This document shows positions 8,916-18,325 of a stretch of DNA of 64,000 nucleotides, one piece after another (position 1 is the first letter of the stretch; each line of letters opens with the position of its first letter). The DNA is taken from the NCBI GenBank assembly GCA_003482855.1, contig DMXO01000005.1:99719-163718 (forward strand), in the 5' to 3' direction. Source of the DNA: Candidatus Magasanikiibacteriota bacterium (lineage in GTDB: Bacteria > Patescibacteriota > Patescibacteriia > Magasanikbacterales > UBA922). The notes beneath the pieces were generated by a model. That model had not been told where the DNA came from, made no database searches, and saw only the letters and a list, made by a program, of their open reading frames with translations. The translations under genes were made by a program, and so were the position numbers.

Positions 8916-9317
8916 TTGACTTCTCCTGATGTATGGTACGAGACGCTCGATAAACCAAGTTTTAATCCACCAAATTGGGTATTTGCACCAGTATGGACAG
9001 TATTGTTTGTATTGATAGGTGTTGCTCTGTATATAGTTTGGGATAGGAGCTTTTTGTTTTTTCGTAAAAAACTAAGGACAGCGCTCAATATATTTGCAAT
9101 ACAAATCATGCTTAATATCCTATGGTCATGGTTGTTTTTTTATTTTCGTAACCCTACTCTTGCGTTTGTCGAGATAGTCATGTTACTTGCTGTTATTATA
9201 TGGAATATGTTTGTTTTTTATCGCATAGATAGACGCGCAGGCTTTTTGATTTTACCTTACGCTGTGTGGGTTAGTTTTGCTATGGTTTTGAATGCCACCC
9301 TAGTTATTCTCAATTAA
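8916..9317 (+). CDS. tspO: TspO/MBR family tryptophan-rich sensory protein
   Basis: WYETLDKPSFNPPNWVFAPVWTVLFVLIGVALY, a Trp-rich, 5-TM pattern typical of TspO. Confidence 0.7.
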   Translation: MTSPDVWYETLDKPSFNPPNWVFAPVWTVLFVLIGVALYIVWDRSFLFFRKKLRTALNIFAIQIMLNILWSWLFFYFRNPTLAFVEIVMLLAVIIWNMFVFYRIDRRAGFLILPYAVWVSFAMVLNATLVILN

Positions 9318-9407
9318 TGTGGATAACTTTTATTTAAGGGAGCTAAAGCTTGACAATATCTAGCGAATGGTGTATTATCTACCTGCTATTATTTTAAGAA
9401 AAGACAT

Positions 9408-9575
9408 ATGGCTTCTAAGTCAAAAGAGCGTAAAAATCGCAAAAAAATGAAGTGTTCTGAATGTGGAACAATCACTTATTTTACCCGTAAAAATGTTACC
9501 TTGCAGAATCGTCTTGAACTCAACAAGCATTGCAAACATTGTGGTAAGCACACATTGCATAAAGAAACGAAATAA
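9408..9575 (+). CDS. rpmG: 50S ribosomal protein L33
   Basis: The 55-aa [58 protein letters not shown] has the L33 CxxC...CxxC zinc ribbon and the conserved C-terminal HKETK. The ORF track missed it because it is under 60 aa. Confidence 0.85.
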   Translation: MASKSKERKNRKKMKCSECGTITYFTRKNVTLQNRLELNKHCKHCGKHTLHKETK

Positions 9576-9633
9576 CGGTATACTAAAACAGTCTTTCAAA
9601 AAGGCTGTTTTTATAACCTCATTACTAATTTTT

Positions 9634-10458
9634 ATGTTTTATCTCCGTGCTATTTTTCGTAGCATATACGATGCCCGGTGGCTTACAGAACAAAAAGACA
9701 ACGGCAAGAAAGCTGCGAATTATATTGTTTTATTTATTTTGTTACTTTCAGCAATCTATGCGGGCTATCTTGCCACTACATTGCCACCACAGATGAGAAC
9801 TATCCGTGATACAGTTTTTGCCCAAGTTCCGTCATTCACGGCTGATATCCGTGATGGCATTTTGGAAGTAAGTAATTTGGAACAGCCATTTGAATATGCA
9901 GGCACATCAGATGGACAATCATTTCGTGTCGTGGTGGATACAGTTAATACAAGTACTATAGTGGTAGATGATACTTTATCAAACAAAGAAGAAAATATAT
10001 TATTAATTACCCGTGATCAATTGGTGGTGCGTGACGCAGCATCTGGTAAGACGACTCTTCAGGATTTTTCTGAGGTGCCAGATATGCACACAGATAGGGA
10101 GGAGATTGTGCGATGGACTGATGATTTTCTTGGTAAAGAGTCGTCTTTTTTTGTTTTTTTGCTTATAGCATGGTTTATACTTTTTACTTTTGGTAAAGTG
10201 GTTTATTTACTTATTCTTACAAGTCTGGTTTTTGTCATAGCCCGTCTTGCAAAAAAAGATAATTGGAAATTTGGGCAGATATACACTATGGGACTTTTTG
10301 CAATTACTGGTCCAAGCATTTTGGTGGGGATTATGCATCTGTATAGGCAGGATATCCCCTACGCATACACCATACTTACGCTTGGATTATTGTTGTATGT
10401 TGTATTTCGTGAGCAAAAACATAAAGAGATTTCGCCTGCAAAAGAAGAAGAAAAGTAA
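9634..10458 (+). CDS. hypothetical membrane protein (N-terminal TM, extracytoplasmic domain, C-terminal TM cluster)
   Basis: The track ORF 9463-10458 overlaps rpmG in another frame. The first in-frame ATG after the rpmG stop is at 9634 (MFYLRAIF...). Confidence 0.45.
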   Translation: MFYLRAIFRSIYDARWLTEQKDNGKKAANYIVLFILLLSAIYAGYLATTLPPQMRTIRDTVFAQVPSFTADIRDGILEVSNLEQPFEYAGTSDGQSFRVVVDTVNTSTIVVDDTLSNKEENILLITRDQLVVRDAASGKTTLQDFSEVPDMHTDREEIVRWTDDFLGKESSFFVFLLIAWFILFTFGKVVYLLILTSLVFVIARLAKKDNWKFGQIYTMGLFAITGPSILVGIMHLYRQDIPYAYTILTLGLLLYVVFREQKHKEISPAKEEEK

Positions 10459-10467
10459 TAAAAATAA

Positions 10468-10497
10468 AAACTACCCTCATGATGGGTAGTTTTTATT
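10468..10497 (+). terminator. rho-independent terminator
   Basis: AAACTACCC-tcatgat-GGGTAGTTT followed by TTTATTTT. Confidence 0.75.
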
Positions 10498-10511
10498 TTA
10501 TCTGCTGACTT

Positions 10512-10635
10512 GCAGGCGCGGTAGGAAATCTCACTCGGCACTTTGTGCCTCTTGGGGAAACCTTCTGGTTTCCCCAACCTTTCCTCAGCATATGAAACCT
10601 ATCGGTTTCACCCTTCCGCAGTTCGATTCCTCTCT
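10512..10635. repeat. tRNA-linked conserved structured element, copy B
   Basis: A 16-nt copy (gcaggcgcggtaggaa) of the tRNA-Trp 3' end, then atctcactc and a core homologous to copy A. Hairpin 1 carries compensatory changes (GGGGAAACC/GGTTTCCCC vs CGAAAACC/GGTTTTCG). It ends with GTTCGATTCCT, identical to the tRNA-Trp T-loop. Hairpin terminators bracket it on the plus strand. Confidence 0.6.
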
Positions 10636-10696
10636 ATTTGTTAATTTATCTGCTAACAACAAAATAACACCATGTTTGTGTAGTGTTATTTTATCG

Positions 10697-10767
10697 CAGG
10701 CGCGGTAGGAATCGAACCTACGCTAACGGTTTTGGAGACCGTAGTACTACCATTATACGACGCGCCC
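10697..10767 (-). tRNA. tRNA-Trp (CCA anticodon), no encoded 3' CCA
   Basis: Acceptor GGGCGCG/CGCGCCT, anticodon loop CTCCAAA, T-loop TTCGATT, 71 nt. Confidence 0.8.
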
Positions 10768-10876
10768 ATGATGCAGATAAATATACATTATTTTTTGAGG
10801 GAAATCAAGCCTGTCAATAGATTTGATATAAGGAGGTATCAATGCTACAATATAGCTACATCATAATCATTTTTTT

Positions 10877-12403
10877 ATGTACAAAAAATATATTGTCGCG
10901 TGTATTTTCTTATTATTTTTTATTGTTGCGCCAGGACATATCTTTGCACAAAATAGTGTGTCGACAGATACCCCAGTAGAAGATACTAGGGTGGTGGAGG
11001 CCTTTATATCGTCTGAAGATATTGTACAGGTTGGCAAAAAGATTATTTTTGGTGCTTCAAATTCTATTGTGCCCGAAGATAACACTATTGCCCCGTCATA
11101 TCGATGGGATTTTGGTGATGGTTTTTTTGAAGTTGGAGAAGAAGTCGTACACCAGTATGGTCACGTGGGCACATATGATGTTACTTTGTCACTTTCGTAT
11201 GACGGTACAGTGTACAAGGCTAGTAAGTCTGTTTTTGTCTATGATACACGCGCATTGCTTATCATAGATACGCAGAAACAAGACGATATCAATCTCATCA
11301 CACGACAAGCGCAAGAACAGGGTGTGGCTCTCAAGGTTTTGTCTCCCGAAGGGTTTGAAGGAGATTTCTTCAATGAGGATTCTTTGGTTAAGTTGATAGG
11401 TGAACAGGCCTCATATATCAAGGATTCTAGTTTACTTTTGTTTTATACCAAATCATTGCGTGGCTTGCAGGCTTTTACGAGCTATTGGCAAGGTCTTGAT
11501 GACGAGACAAAAGGACTTATCCAGAAAAAGTTTTTTGTTGTCATTACTGATGGCAATATAGACGTGGCGTCGCATGGGGTATTCCAGAGTTATCAAATTA
11601 TACTTCCTCCCTACATTTTGCTGACTCGACCAGAGGCGCTTAATCCAATTTTGGGGTTAAAAAATCTTGGAGATGTTGAGGCTGAACTTTTGGGGCGGGG
11701 TATAGAATTTATACATATTGATGAAAATAATGGGAAGTCTCCTTTTTATATATTATCCCAACTCATTACTTATTTTATTGAGAGAGGTATTTCACCCGAT
11801 AGCGTGTACCTCATTTTGGCTTTGCCTTTTCTTGCCTTTATCGTGATATTTTGTCGGCATGTTATTGGTATTAGTACATTTGGTGTGTATACGCCAGTGA
11901 TTATCACGGTGGCTTTTTATATGCTTGGTTTGTGGTTTGGTCTTTTTTCTTTTCTTTTTGCTGTTATCACGAGTTATGCGGTCAAATATATATTTGATAG
12001 ATTTGAATTATTATATTTGCCCAAAGTCGCACTCAATCTTTCGTTTATTGCTCTATCTTTTTTGTTGCTTATACTCCTCATGTTGTGGCTTGGTACCCCT
12101 GTGTCTCTGTCTGTGGCAGTATTTCCTATGCTTGTGATGTCTACATTATCTGAAAAATTTATGACAGCGAAGTCTGAGGAAGGTTTGCGTAATGCTATTC
12201 TTGGTGTTATCGAGACACTTGTTGTTGTTATAGGTTCATATTATCTTATGTTGTGGGCATCATTCAATAATCTTGTCATTTCATGGCCAGAAGTTGTTCT
12301 GTTGCCACTTGTGGGGATTTTGTTATTGGGGAAATTTAGTGGACTTCGGGTGAGTGAATATTTTAGATTTAGAAGTCTTTTTAGTGAGCATACTGAAGAA
12401 TAA
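10877..12403 (+). CDS. secreted PKD-domain protein with central alpha/beta domain and C-terminal ~7-TM bundle
   Basis: It has a signal peptide (FLLFFIVAPGHIFA) and a PKD motif (YRWDFGDG...HQYGHVGTYDVTL). About 6-7 hydrophobic helices occupy the last ~200 residues. It is immediately upstream of the ATP-grasp fusion. Confidence 0.6.
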   Translation: MYKKYIVACIFLLFFIVAPGHIFAQNSVSTDTPVEDTRVVEAFISSEDIVQVGKKIIFGASNSIVPEDNTIAPSYRWDFGDGFFEVGEEVVHQYGHVGTYDVTLSLSYDGTVYKASKSVFVYDTRALLIIDTQKQDDINLITRQAQEQGVALKVLSPEGFEGDFFNEDSLVKLIGEQASYIKDSSLLLFYTKSLRGLQAFTSYWQGLDDETKGLIQKKFFVVITDGNIDVASHGVFQSYQIILPPYILLTRPEALNPILGLKNLGDVEAELLGRGIEFIHIDENNGKSPFYILSQLITYFIERGISPDSVYLILALPFLAFIVIFCRHVIGISTFGVYTPVIITVAFYMLGLWFGLFSFLFAVITSYAVKYIFDRFELLYLPKVALNLSFIALSFLLLILLMLWLGTPVSLSVAVFPMLVMSTLSEKFMTAKSEEGLRNAILGVIETLVVVIGSYYLMLWASFNNLVISWPEVVLLPLVGILLLGKFSGLRVSEYFRFRSLFSEHTEE

Positions 12404-12409
12404 TATTGT

Positions 12410-14764
12410 ATGAGCTTTTTTACCAAAGCAAGAGGTATACTGGGGATGAACGCGCGTAATTTGCATTACGTCGGGCGTTATAATACTGCATTGAACAAAA
12501 AATTTGCTGACAACAAGTTGTATACCAAAAATTACCTTATGACACGTGGTGTGGGTGTGGCCAAGATTTATGCAGTCATAAAAAAATATAAAGAATTATC
12601 TTTGCTTAACCCCAAAACATTGCCTGAGAGTTTTGTTATAAAACCAAATCGCGGGTATGGCGGTGAAGGCATTACCGTGATAGTAGAGCACAAAGGGAAA
12701 AAATTTGTGGACATAGATGGCATTGAGCGCACATGGACAGAACTATACCATCACATGGTGTCTATCTTGGATGGTAAGTATGCTATCTCGGGTTTGTTTG
12801 ACCAGGTTATTATCGAAGAGCGTCTTGAGTCAAATGAATATTTTTCGCGATTTGTCGAACGTGGTCTGCCTGACGTGCGTATCATTGTTTTCAATTATGT
12901 TCCTATTATAGCAATGCTTCGTCTGCCCACTGCGGAATCTCATGGTAAAGCAAATTTACATCTAGGTGCGATTGGTGTTGGTATTGATATTGTGACAGGC
13001 AAAGCGACATATGCAGTACACCACAATAAATTTATTCGTCATCTTCCGAATACTGAAAAGGTGACTGATATACAGGTACCACAGTGGGATGAAATATTAC
13101 TTCTCGCATCTCAGGCACAACATGCAAGCCAAATTAAATTTTTGGCTGTAGATATTGTACTCACGAAGACGGGAATAAAAATTCTTGAGCTAAATGCGCG
13201 AGCCGGACTTGGGGTACAAATAGCAAATCAGGTACCCCTTAAACACAGGTTAAAAAAGGTGGAAGACCTCAAAGTATCTAATCCTGAAAAAGGCGTTGCT
13301 GTAAGTAAGGCATTATTTAGTTCTCTTGTTGAAAAAGAAAAAGAGCGTGAAGGTACAGCAGGTGAGAAAAAGGTGATAGGGTTATATGAGGATATTGATA
13401 TTTTGAATACGTCGTATATATCTGTTCCTGCAAAAATTGATCCGCATCTTGACTATGTAGCATTTGATTCGTCACTCACAGAGCTTGACCCAAAAGAACG
13501 ATATGTTGACATTGTATTAAAAGGAGAACGTGTACGTTTTCCATTTAAAGTAGAGTCTCTTCCTCATGGATACAAGGCATTGATTGGTGGTAAGGTGCTT
13601 CAAAATTTTTTAATTGATCCCCACCGCCAAAGAGAGATCCCCGAGAACGGGATTAAAAAAATGACACAACAAAAAGTTAATGAGAAAATTATTGCAAATA
13701 TTGACAAAAAACTTTTTGAACTAGATAAACAGCTCAATATTTTACCATTGGTAAAACCAATGAATGTGCTTGAAGAAAAGGAACATTTTTTCAACGATAG
13801 AAGTAAGTCTCCTACATTTTTGTATAGAAGATCAAAAGTTGATTTAGTTCAGATATTGCGTGAAGTGAGTTCATTGCCGCGTGATATTGAACATCCATTT
13901 GCTCCTTTATTTATCAAAAAAATAGATGAGATTGTCACAAAGTTGCAATTGGTTGATGCAGTTGGTACGTTGGATTTTGTCCATGCATCAGAAGAATTGT
14001 ATGGGAAGGTAGATAAACAGTTGTACACGAAGGCTGTACAATATATCAAAAAGAATCCTATACGAGAAGATGCGAGCAAGTTACTAAATCACAAACAAGT
14101 GATCAGACGTCTAGAGTCTTTTCTTGTGGCACATAAGTTATCTAATTGGAAAATAAAAATTTCTGAAAGACAAACAGCTGATATTGCGATCAACAAGAGT
14201 GGCTCTGTCTTACTTAAATCAGGCATTCGTTTTACGGAGAATAGACTCAGGGCTGTTATTGCCCATGAGATATGTACACATGTATATCGATACGAAAATG
14301 GCACCATGCAGAAATATCATTTGTTCGGACAGGGTACTGCCAATTATATTTTGACTGAAGAGGGACTGGCTATTTATAACCAGAAGGTTTTGGATATTCC
14401 ACTTGGTGAAAAGGATCACTGGGCTGCATTGCGTGTAATTGCGGCGTATCATGCGCGTGATATGGCTTTTCATGAGTTATTTGTATTTCTCAAAGAGACG
14501 TATCATTTGGATGATAATTCTGCATGGAAAACATGTTTGAGAGCGAAGAGAGGTATGAGTGATACAAGTCAGCATGGCGCATTTACCCGAGACATTGTGT
14601 ATTTCAAAGGATATATGGAAGTCAAAAAATATATTGATATGCACGGGCGTAGGGGACTCAAGGAATTGTATGCGGGTAAAATTCATATAGACGATGTGCC
14701 TTATCTCAAACACATTGGTGAGTACAAAATTAAATATCTGCCACCAGAAGAAATAGAAATATAA
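12410..14764 (+). CDS. RimK-related ATP-grasp ligase (alpha-L-glutamate-ligase-related family) fused to a C-terminal DUF1704/QEGLA-type HExxxH metallopeptidase-like domain
   Basis: The N-terminal GILGMNARNLHYVGRYN and FVIKPNRGYGGEGITVI...ILELNARAGLGVQI are ATP-grasp motifs. The C-terminal AVIAHEICTHVYRYENG (HExxxH) and ILTEEGLAIYNQ match the QEGLA motif family. Confidence 0.7.
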   Translation: MSFFTKARGILGMNARNLHYVGRYNTALNKKFADNKLYTKNYLMTRGVGVAKIYAVIKKYKELSLLNPKTLPESFVIKPNRGYGGEGITVIVEHKGKKFVDIDGIERTWTELYHHMVSILDGKYAISGLFDQVIIEERLESNEYFSRFVERGLPDVRIIVFNYVPIIAMLRLPTAESHGKANLHLGAIGVGIDIVTGKATYAVHHNKFIRHLPNTEKVTDIQVPQWDEILLLASQAQHASQIKFLAVDIVLTKTGIKILELNARAGLGVQIANQVPLKHRLKKVEDLKVSNPEKGVAVSKALFSSLVEKEKEREGTAGEKKVIGLYEDIDILNTSYISVPAKIDPHLDYVAFDSSLTELDPKERYVDIVLKGERVRFPFKVESLPHGYKALIGGKVLQNFLIDPHRQREIPENGIKKMTQQKVNEKIIANIDKKLFELDKQLNILPLVKPMNVLEEKEHFFNDRSKSPTFLYRRSKVDLVQILREVSSLPRDIEHPFAPLFIKKIDEIVTKLQLVDAVGTLDFVHASEELYGKVDKQLYTKAVQYIKKNPIREDASKLLNHKQVIRRLESFLVAHKLSNWKIKISERQTADIAINKSGSVLLKSGIRFTENRLRAVIAHEICTHVYRYENGTMQKYHLFGQGTANYILTEEGLAIYNQKVLDIPLGEKDHWAALRVIAAYHARDMAFHELFVFLKETYHLDDNSAWKTCLRAKRGMSDTSQHGAFTRDIVYFKGYMEVKKYIDMHGRRGLKELYAGKIHIDDVPYLKHIGEYKIKYLPPEEIEI

Positions 14765-14790
14765 AACGGCTTGTCTAGCCGTTTTTCTTT
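14765..14790 (+). terminator. rho-independent terminator
   Basis: AACGGCT-tgtct-AGCCGTT followed by TTTCTTTT. Confidence 0.7.
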
Positions 14791-14832
14791 TGGATATAGT
14801 ATGATATACTGTGTGCATATATTATATATATT

Positions 14833-16215
14833 TTGTGTATGCCTTCTCAAAAACAAATACCTAAAAAAGCATATATAGTCACGGTCGATATGGGGTATGG
14901 ACATCAGCGTGCTGTATACCCTCTGCATGATATTGCCGCAGATGTCGAAGGACTCTCTATGAACGGGTATGGAATCATCAATGCTAATAAATATGGAGGT
15001 ATACCAAAGAGTGATCAACGACGATGGGAGGGCGGTAGGTCAATTTATGAGACGATTTCACGCATGAAACATCTACCCATTGTAGGCAATTGGATTTTTG
15101 GCATCATGGATTATGTACAGCGTATTGAACCATTTTATCCTGCTCGTGATCTTTCCAAACCAACTGTTCAAGTGCGTCAGATATATAGCATGATTAGACA
15201 TGGGTGGGGTAAACATTTGATTGATGTGCTCAATAGTCGCGAGCACCTTCCTTTTATTAGTTCATTTTTTACTACCGCTTTTTTTGCAGAAGAACATAAT
15301 TATAAAGGGGAAATTTATTGTATTTGTACTGACACTGATATTAGTCGGGCATGGGTACCTCTTGAGCCAGCTAAGTCGCGTATCAATTACCTTGTCCCTA
15401 ACAGGCGTGTAAAAGAACGTTTAGGTTTGTATGGCATACGTCCTGAAAAAATTTTTGTGACGGGTTTCCCTTTGCCAAAAGAAAATATAGGAGGTTCCAC
15501 GTTAAAAGTTTTAAAGCAATCTTTGGGCCATCGCATTACTCATTTGGATCCTCATGGTATATACCGACATAAATACAAAAACACTATTCATGAGTTTTTG
15601 GGTACACAATTTGATAGTGATGTCTATGACAAAAATCATCCTCTTACTATCACATTTGCAGTCGGTGGGGCAGGTGCTCAACGTGAATTGGGGGCGACTA
15701 TAGCAGAGAGTCTTCATGAACATATTACTAAGGGACATGTACATCTCAATCTCGTGGCCGGCATACGAAATGATGTATATCGATATTATCAAGCAATACT
15801 CAAAGATATGGATTTATCAAACAAAGGCGATGCCCATGTATCCATACTGTTTGCGGAGACCAAATTTGATTACTTCAAGAAATTTAATACTGTTCTCAAT
15901 GAGACTGATGTTTTGTGGACCAAACCAAGCGAACTATCTTTTTATGCTGGGCTCGGGCTTCCTATTATCATGGCTCCTACGATAGGCTCACAAGAAGATT
16001 TCAATAGACAGTGGCTCGCTTCTACAGGGGCAGGTGTATTACAAGAAGATCCAAAATATACCGGAGAGTGGTTGTTTGATTGGCTTGAGTCTGGTTGGCT
16101 TGCACAGGCCGCTATGGAAGGGTTTTTGAATGCACCACGCAATGGCGCGTATCATATTGAAGATGTAGTACTCAAGAATAAAAGAAGCGAGATAGAGGAT
16201 ATGCATTTACTTTAG
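14833..16215 (+). CDS. GT-B glycosyltransferase, MGDG-synthase/UgtP-like (GT28 family)
   Basis: The N-terminal YIVTVDMGYGHQRA parallels GNGHVQVA of diacylglycerol glycosyltransferases. The C-terminal TKPSELSFYAGLGLPIIMAPTIGSQEDFNRQWL..GAG is the GT-B donor-binding pattern. Confidence 0.55.
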   Translation: MCMPSQKQIPKKAYIVTVDMGYGHQRAVYPLHDIAADVEGLSMNGYGIINANKYGGIPKSDQRRWEGGRSIYETISRMKHLPIVGNWIFGIMDYVQRIEPFYPARDLSKPTVQVRQIYSMIRHGWGKHLIDVLNSREHLPFISSFFTTAFFAEEHNYKGEIYCICTDTDISRAWVPLEPAKSRINYLVPNRRVKERLGLYGIRPEKIFVTGFPLPKENIGGSTLKVLKQSLGHRITHLDPHGIYRHKYKNTIHEFLGTQFDSDVYDKNHPLTITFAVGGAGAQRELGATIAESLHEHITKGHVHLNLVAGIRNDVYRYYQAILKDMDLSNKGDAHVSILFAETKFDYFKKFNTVLNETDVLWTKPSELSFYAGLGLPIIMAPTIGSQEDFNRQWLASTGAGVLQEDPKYTGEWLFDWLESGWLAQAAMEGFLNAPRNGAYHIEDVVLKNKRSEIEDMHLL

Positions 16216-16303
16216 TTTGAAAGTTTATAAAGTTCATAAAGTATTGTGTATCACAGTTCTTTATAGACTTTATAGACTTTATGAACTTTATAACTTTATA
16301 GAC
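16216..16303. repeat. intergenic imperfect inverted repeat built from TAAAGTT/CTTTATA-type short tandem units
   Basis: gtttATAAAGTTCATAAAGTattg ... (CTTTATAGA)x2 ACTTTATGAACTTTATaa. It could act as a hairpin terminator or attenuator. Confidence 0.6.
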
Positions 16304-16304
16304 T

Positions 16305-17210
16305 ATGTCGTGGTTTTTTATTGCACTTGTCGGATATTTTTTTCTTGCCCTTACTTTCATACTCGACAAACTTATCCTAACCAAATCTGTAGGTAAACCG
16401 GTTGTGTATACATTTTACTCGACTATTTTTATGTTTGGGGCTTTTTTTGCTTGGCCGTTTGGCGTGGAATTGCTCAATGGGTTTGATTGGATATGGGCTA
16501 TGGTGTCAGGCGTTGCGTTTGGTTTGGGACTCTGGGCTCTCTATACTGCAGTCAAACGTGGTGAAACATCGCATATCAACCCATTCAATGGCGCAATGGT
16601 AAGTATCGCGACATATGCATTATCTGCTTATTTCCTTGGAGAAAGACTAACCTCTTTACAGGTAGGTGGTATAGTAATATTGGTAGGTGCTTCCTTGTTG
16701 TTATCGTTTGAAAAATCGCGCAACCATAATGGATTTCATATGGGATTTGTGTGGGCCGGTGTGTCCGGAGTTTTATTTGCTCTGTCACACGTAAGTGCAA
16801 AGTATTTGTATGATGTATACCCATTTCTTACGGGGTTTGTGTGGACGCGCGCGATGACAGGTCTTGTAGGATTATTGGTATTATTGTTTCCATCCGTACG
16901 CAAGACATTTAGAAAAAAATACGAGAAACCGAAAACAAATGCAAAACGTCATGCAGGCATTATAGTTGTATTGACAAAAATCTTTGGTGTGATTGCTGTT
17001 GTGCTTATACAATATGCATCAGCTATTGGATCAGTTTCTCTGGTTATGGCTATGAGTGGATTGCAGTATGCATGTATGTTTGTAATTATATTGTTATGTA
17101 CCAAGTTTATCCCGCGTGTATTCAAAGAATATATAACCAAGCGTGAACTTGTGGTAGAGTGGTTGGCTATAGTACTCGTGGGTCTTGGATCAATTTTATT
17201 TGTATTATAA
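16305..17210 (+). CDS. EamA/DMT-superfamily transporter
   Basis: A ~10-TM protein with two EamA-like halves (GETSHINPFNG...). Confidence 0.6.
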   Translation: MSWFFIALVGYFFLALTFILDKLILTKSVGKPVVYTFYSTIFMFGAFFAWPFGVELLNGFDWIWAMVSGVAFGLGLWALYTAVKRGETSHINPFNGAMVSIATYALSAYFLGERLTSLQVGGIVILVGASLLLSFEKSRNHNGFHMGFVWAGVSGVLFALSHVSAKYLYDVYPFLTGFVWTRAMTGLVGLLVLLFPSVRKTFRKKYEKPKTNAKRHAGIIVVLTKIFGVIAVVLIQYASAIGSVSLVMAMSGLQYACMFVIILLCTKFIPRVFKEYITKRELVVEWLAIVLVGLGSILFVL

Positions 17211-17214
17211 TAGT

Positions 17215-18213
17215 ATGAAAAAAATTATGTTTTTTATTTTTAGTATCATTGTCTGTTTATTGCTCTTGTATGTATTTCTTTTAGTGACAAGTATCAAGAA
17301 ATATCCTGTTGAGTATGGTATAAGTTTCAATCAAAATCATGCATCTTCTCTCGGATTAGATTGGAAAAAGGCATACGAGGATATGCTTGGGGAAATCAAA
17401 CCAAAATTTATCCGTATCGCCGCCATGTGGAGTGAAATTGAACATACTGAAGGGGTATATAATTTTTCAGATGTTGATTGGATGATGGACAAAGCTGCTG
17501 AGTATGGCACGAAAGTAACTCTCGTGGTGGGGCAAAAGGCTCCACGTTGGCCTGAGTGCCATGTGCCAGAGTGGGTTGATGCGTTATCTGACACAGAGTA
17601 TAGAGATAAATTATTTGCCTATGTGTCAGCTGTGATAGGACGCTATCAACATCATGATGCTTTGGAAGTTTGGCAAATTGAAAATGAACCATTTATCAAG
17701 TTTAGATTTGGAGAATGTGAAAGATTTCGCCAAGATCTTGTGCAAGGGGAAGTTGACCTTGTGCATACATTGGACGAAGTGCATTGGGTTATGATTACGG
17801 ACAGCGGAGAGTTGAGTACATGGTGGGATGCGAGCAAGGCGGGTGATTTGTTTGGTACGACATTGTATCGTATCGTACGCACCCCTGGTGGTCATATATG
17901 GACATATGATTGGTTGCCAGCTTCTTTTTATCGTTTCAAGACACGTTTGCTCGGGTTGCATATGGAACGTATGTATGTGGCAGAATTACAGGCAGAGCCA
18001 TGGTTCACCGATTCTTCACCCGATGATACACCGGTTTCCGAACAAGAAAAGACTATGAACATAGATAGACTTAGAAAACATATAGATTATGTAGAGCGTA
18101 TTGGCACCAATCGCGCATATTTGTGGGGAGCAGAGTGGTGGTATTGGATGAAAGAAAAACAAGGTAGATCTGACTATTGGAATTTGGTCAAGGATGTAAT
18201 AAAAGGAAATTGA
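17215..18213 (+). CDS. membrane-anchored clan GH-A glycoside hydrolase (TIM barrel, NEP motif)
   Basis: It has an N-terminal TM and WQIENEPF, the NEP acid/base motif of GH5/GH42-type enzymes. The family is not resolved. Confidence 0.5.
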   Translation: MKKIMFFIFSIIVCLLLLYVFLLVTSIKKYPVEYGISFNQNHASSLGLDWKKAYEDMLGEIKPKFIRIAAMWSEIEHTEGVYNFSDVDWMMDKAAEYGTKVTLVVGQKAPRWPECHVPEWVDALSDTEYRDKLFAYVSAVIGRYQHHDALEVWQIENEPFIKFRFGECERFRQDLVQGEVDLVHTLDEVHWVMITDSGELSTWWDASKAGDLFGTTLYRIVRTPGGHIWTYDWLPASFYRFKTRLLGLHMERMYVAELQAEPWFTDSSPDDTPVSEQEKTMNIDRLRKHIDYVERIGTNRAYLWGAEWWYWMKEKQGRSDYWNLVKDVIKGN

Positions 18214-18325
18214 AGAGATAAAATTGTCACATTGTCATACTGTCAAATAGTTTAACAGTCTAAAAAAGTAATTTTTACAGCTTAATTTGCTTATTCTGCT
18301 TACTTTACTTACAAGCTGACAACGT

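Noticed and set aside
9463-10458. 331-aa ORF start at 9463
   Set aside because: Its first ~37 codons overlap rpmG (L33) in a different frame. The start was moved to the first ATG after the rpmG stop (9634).
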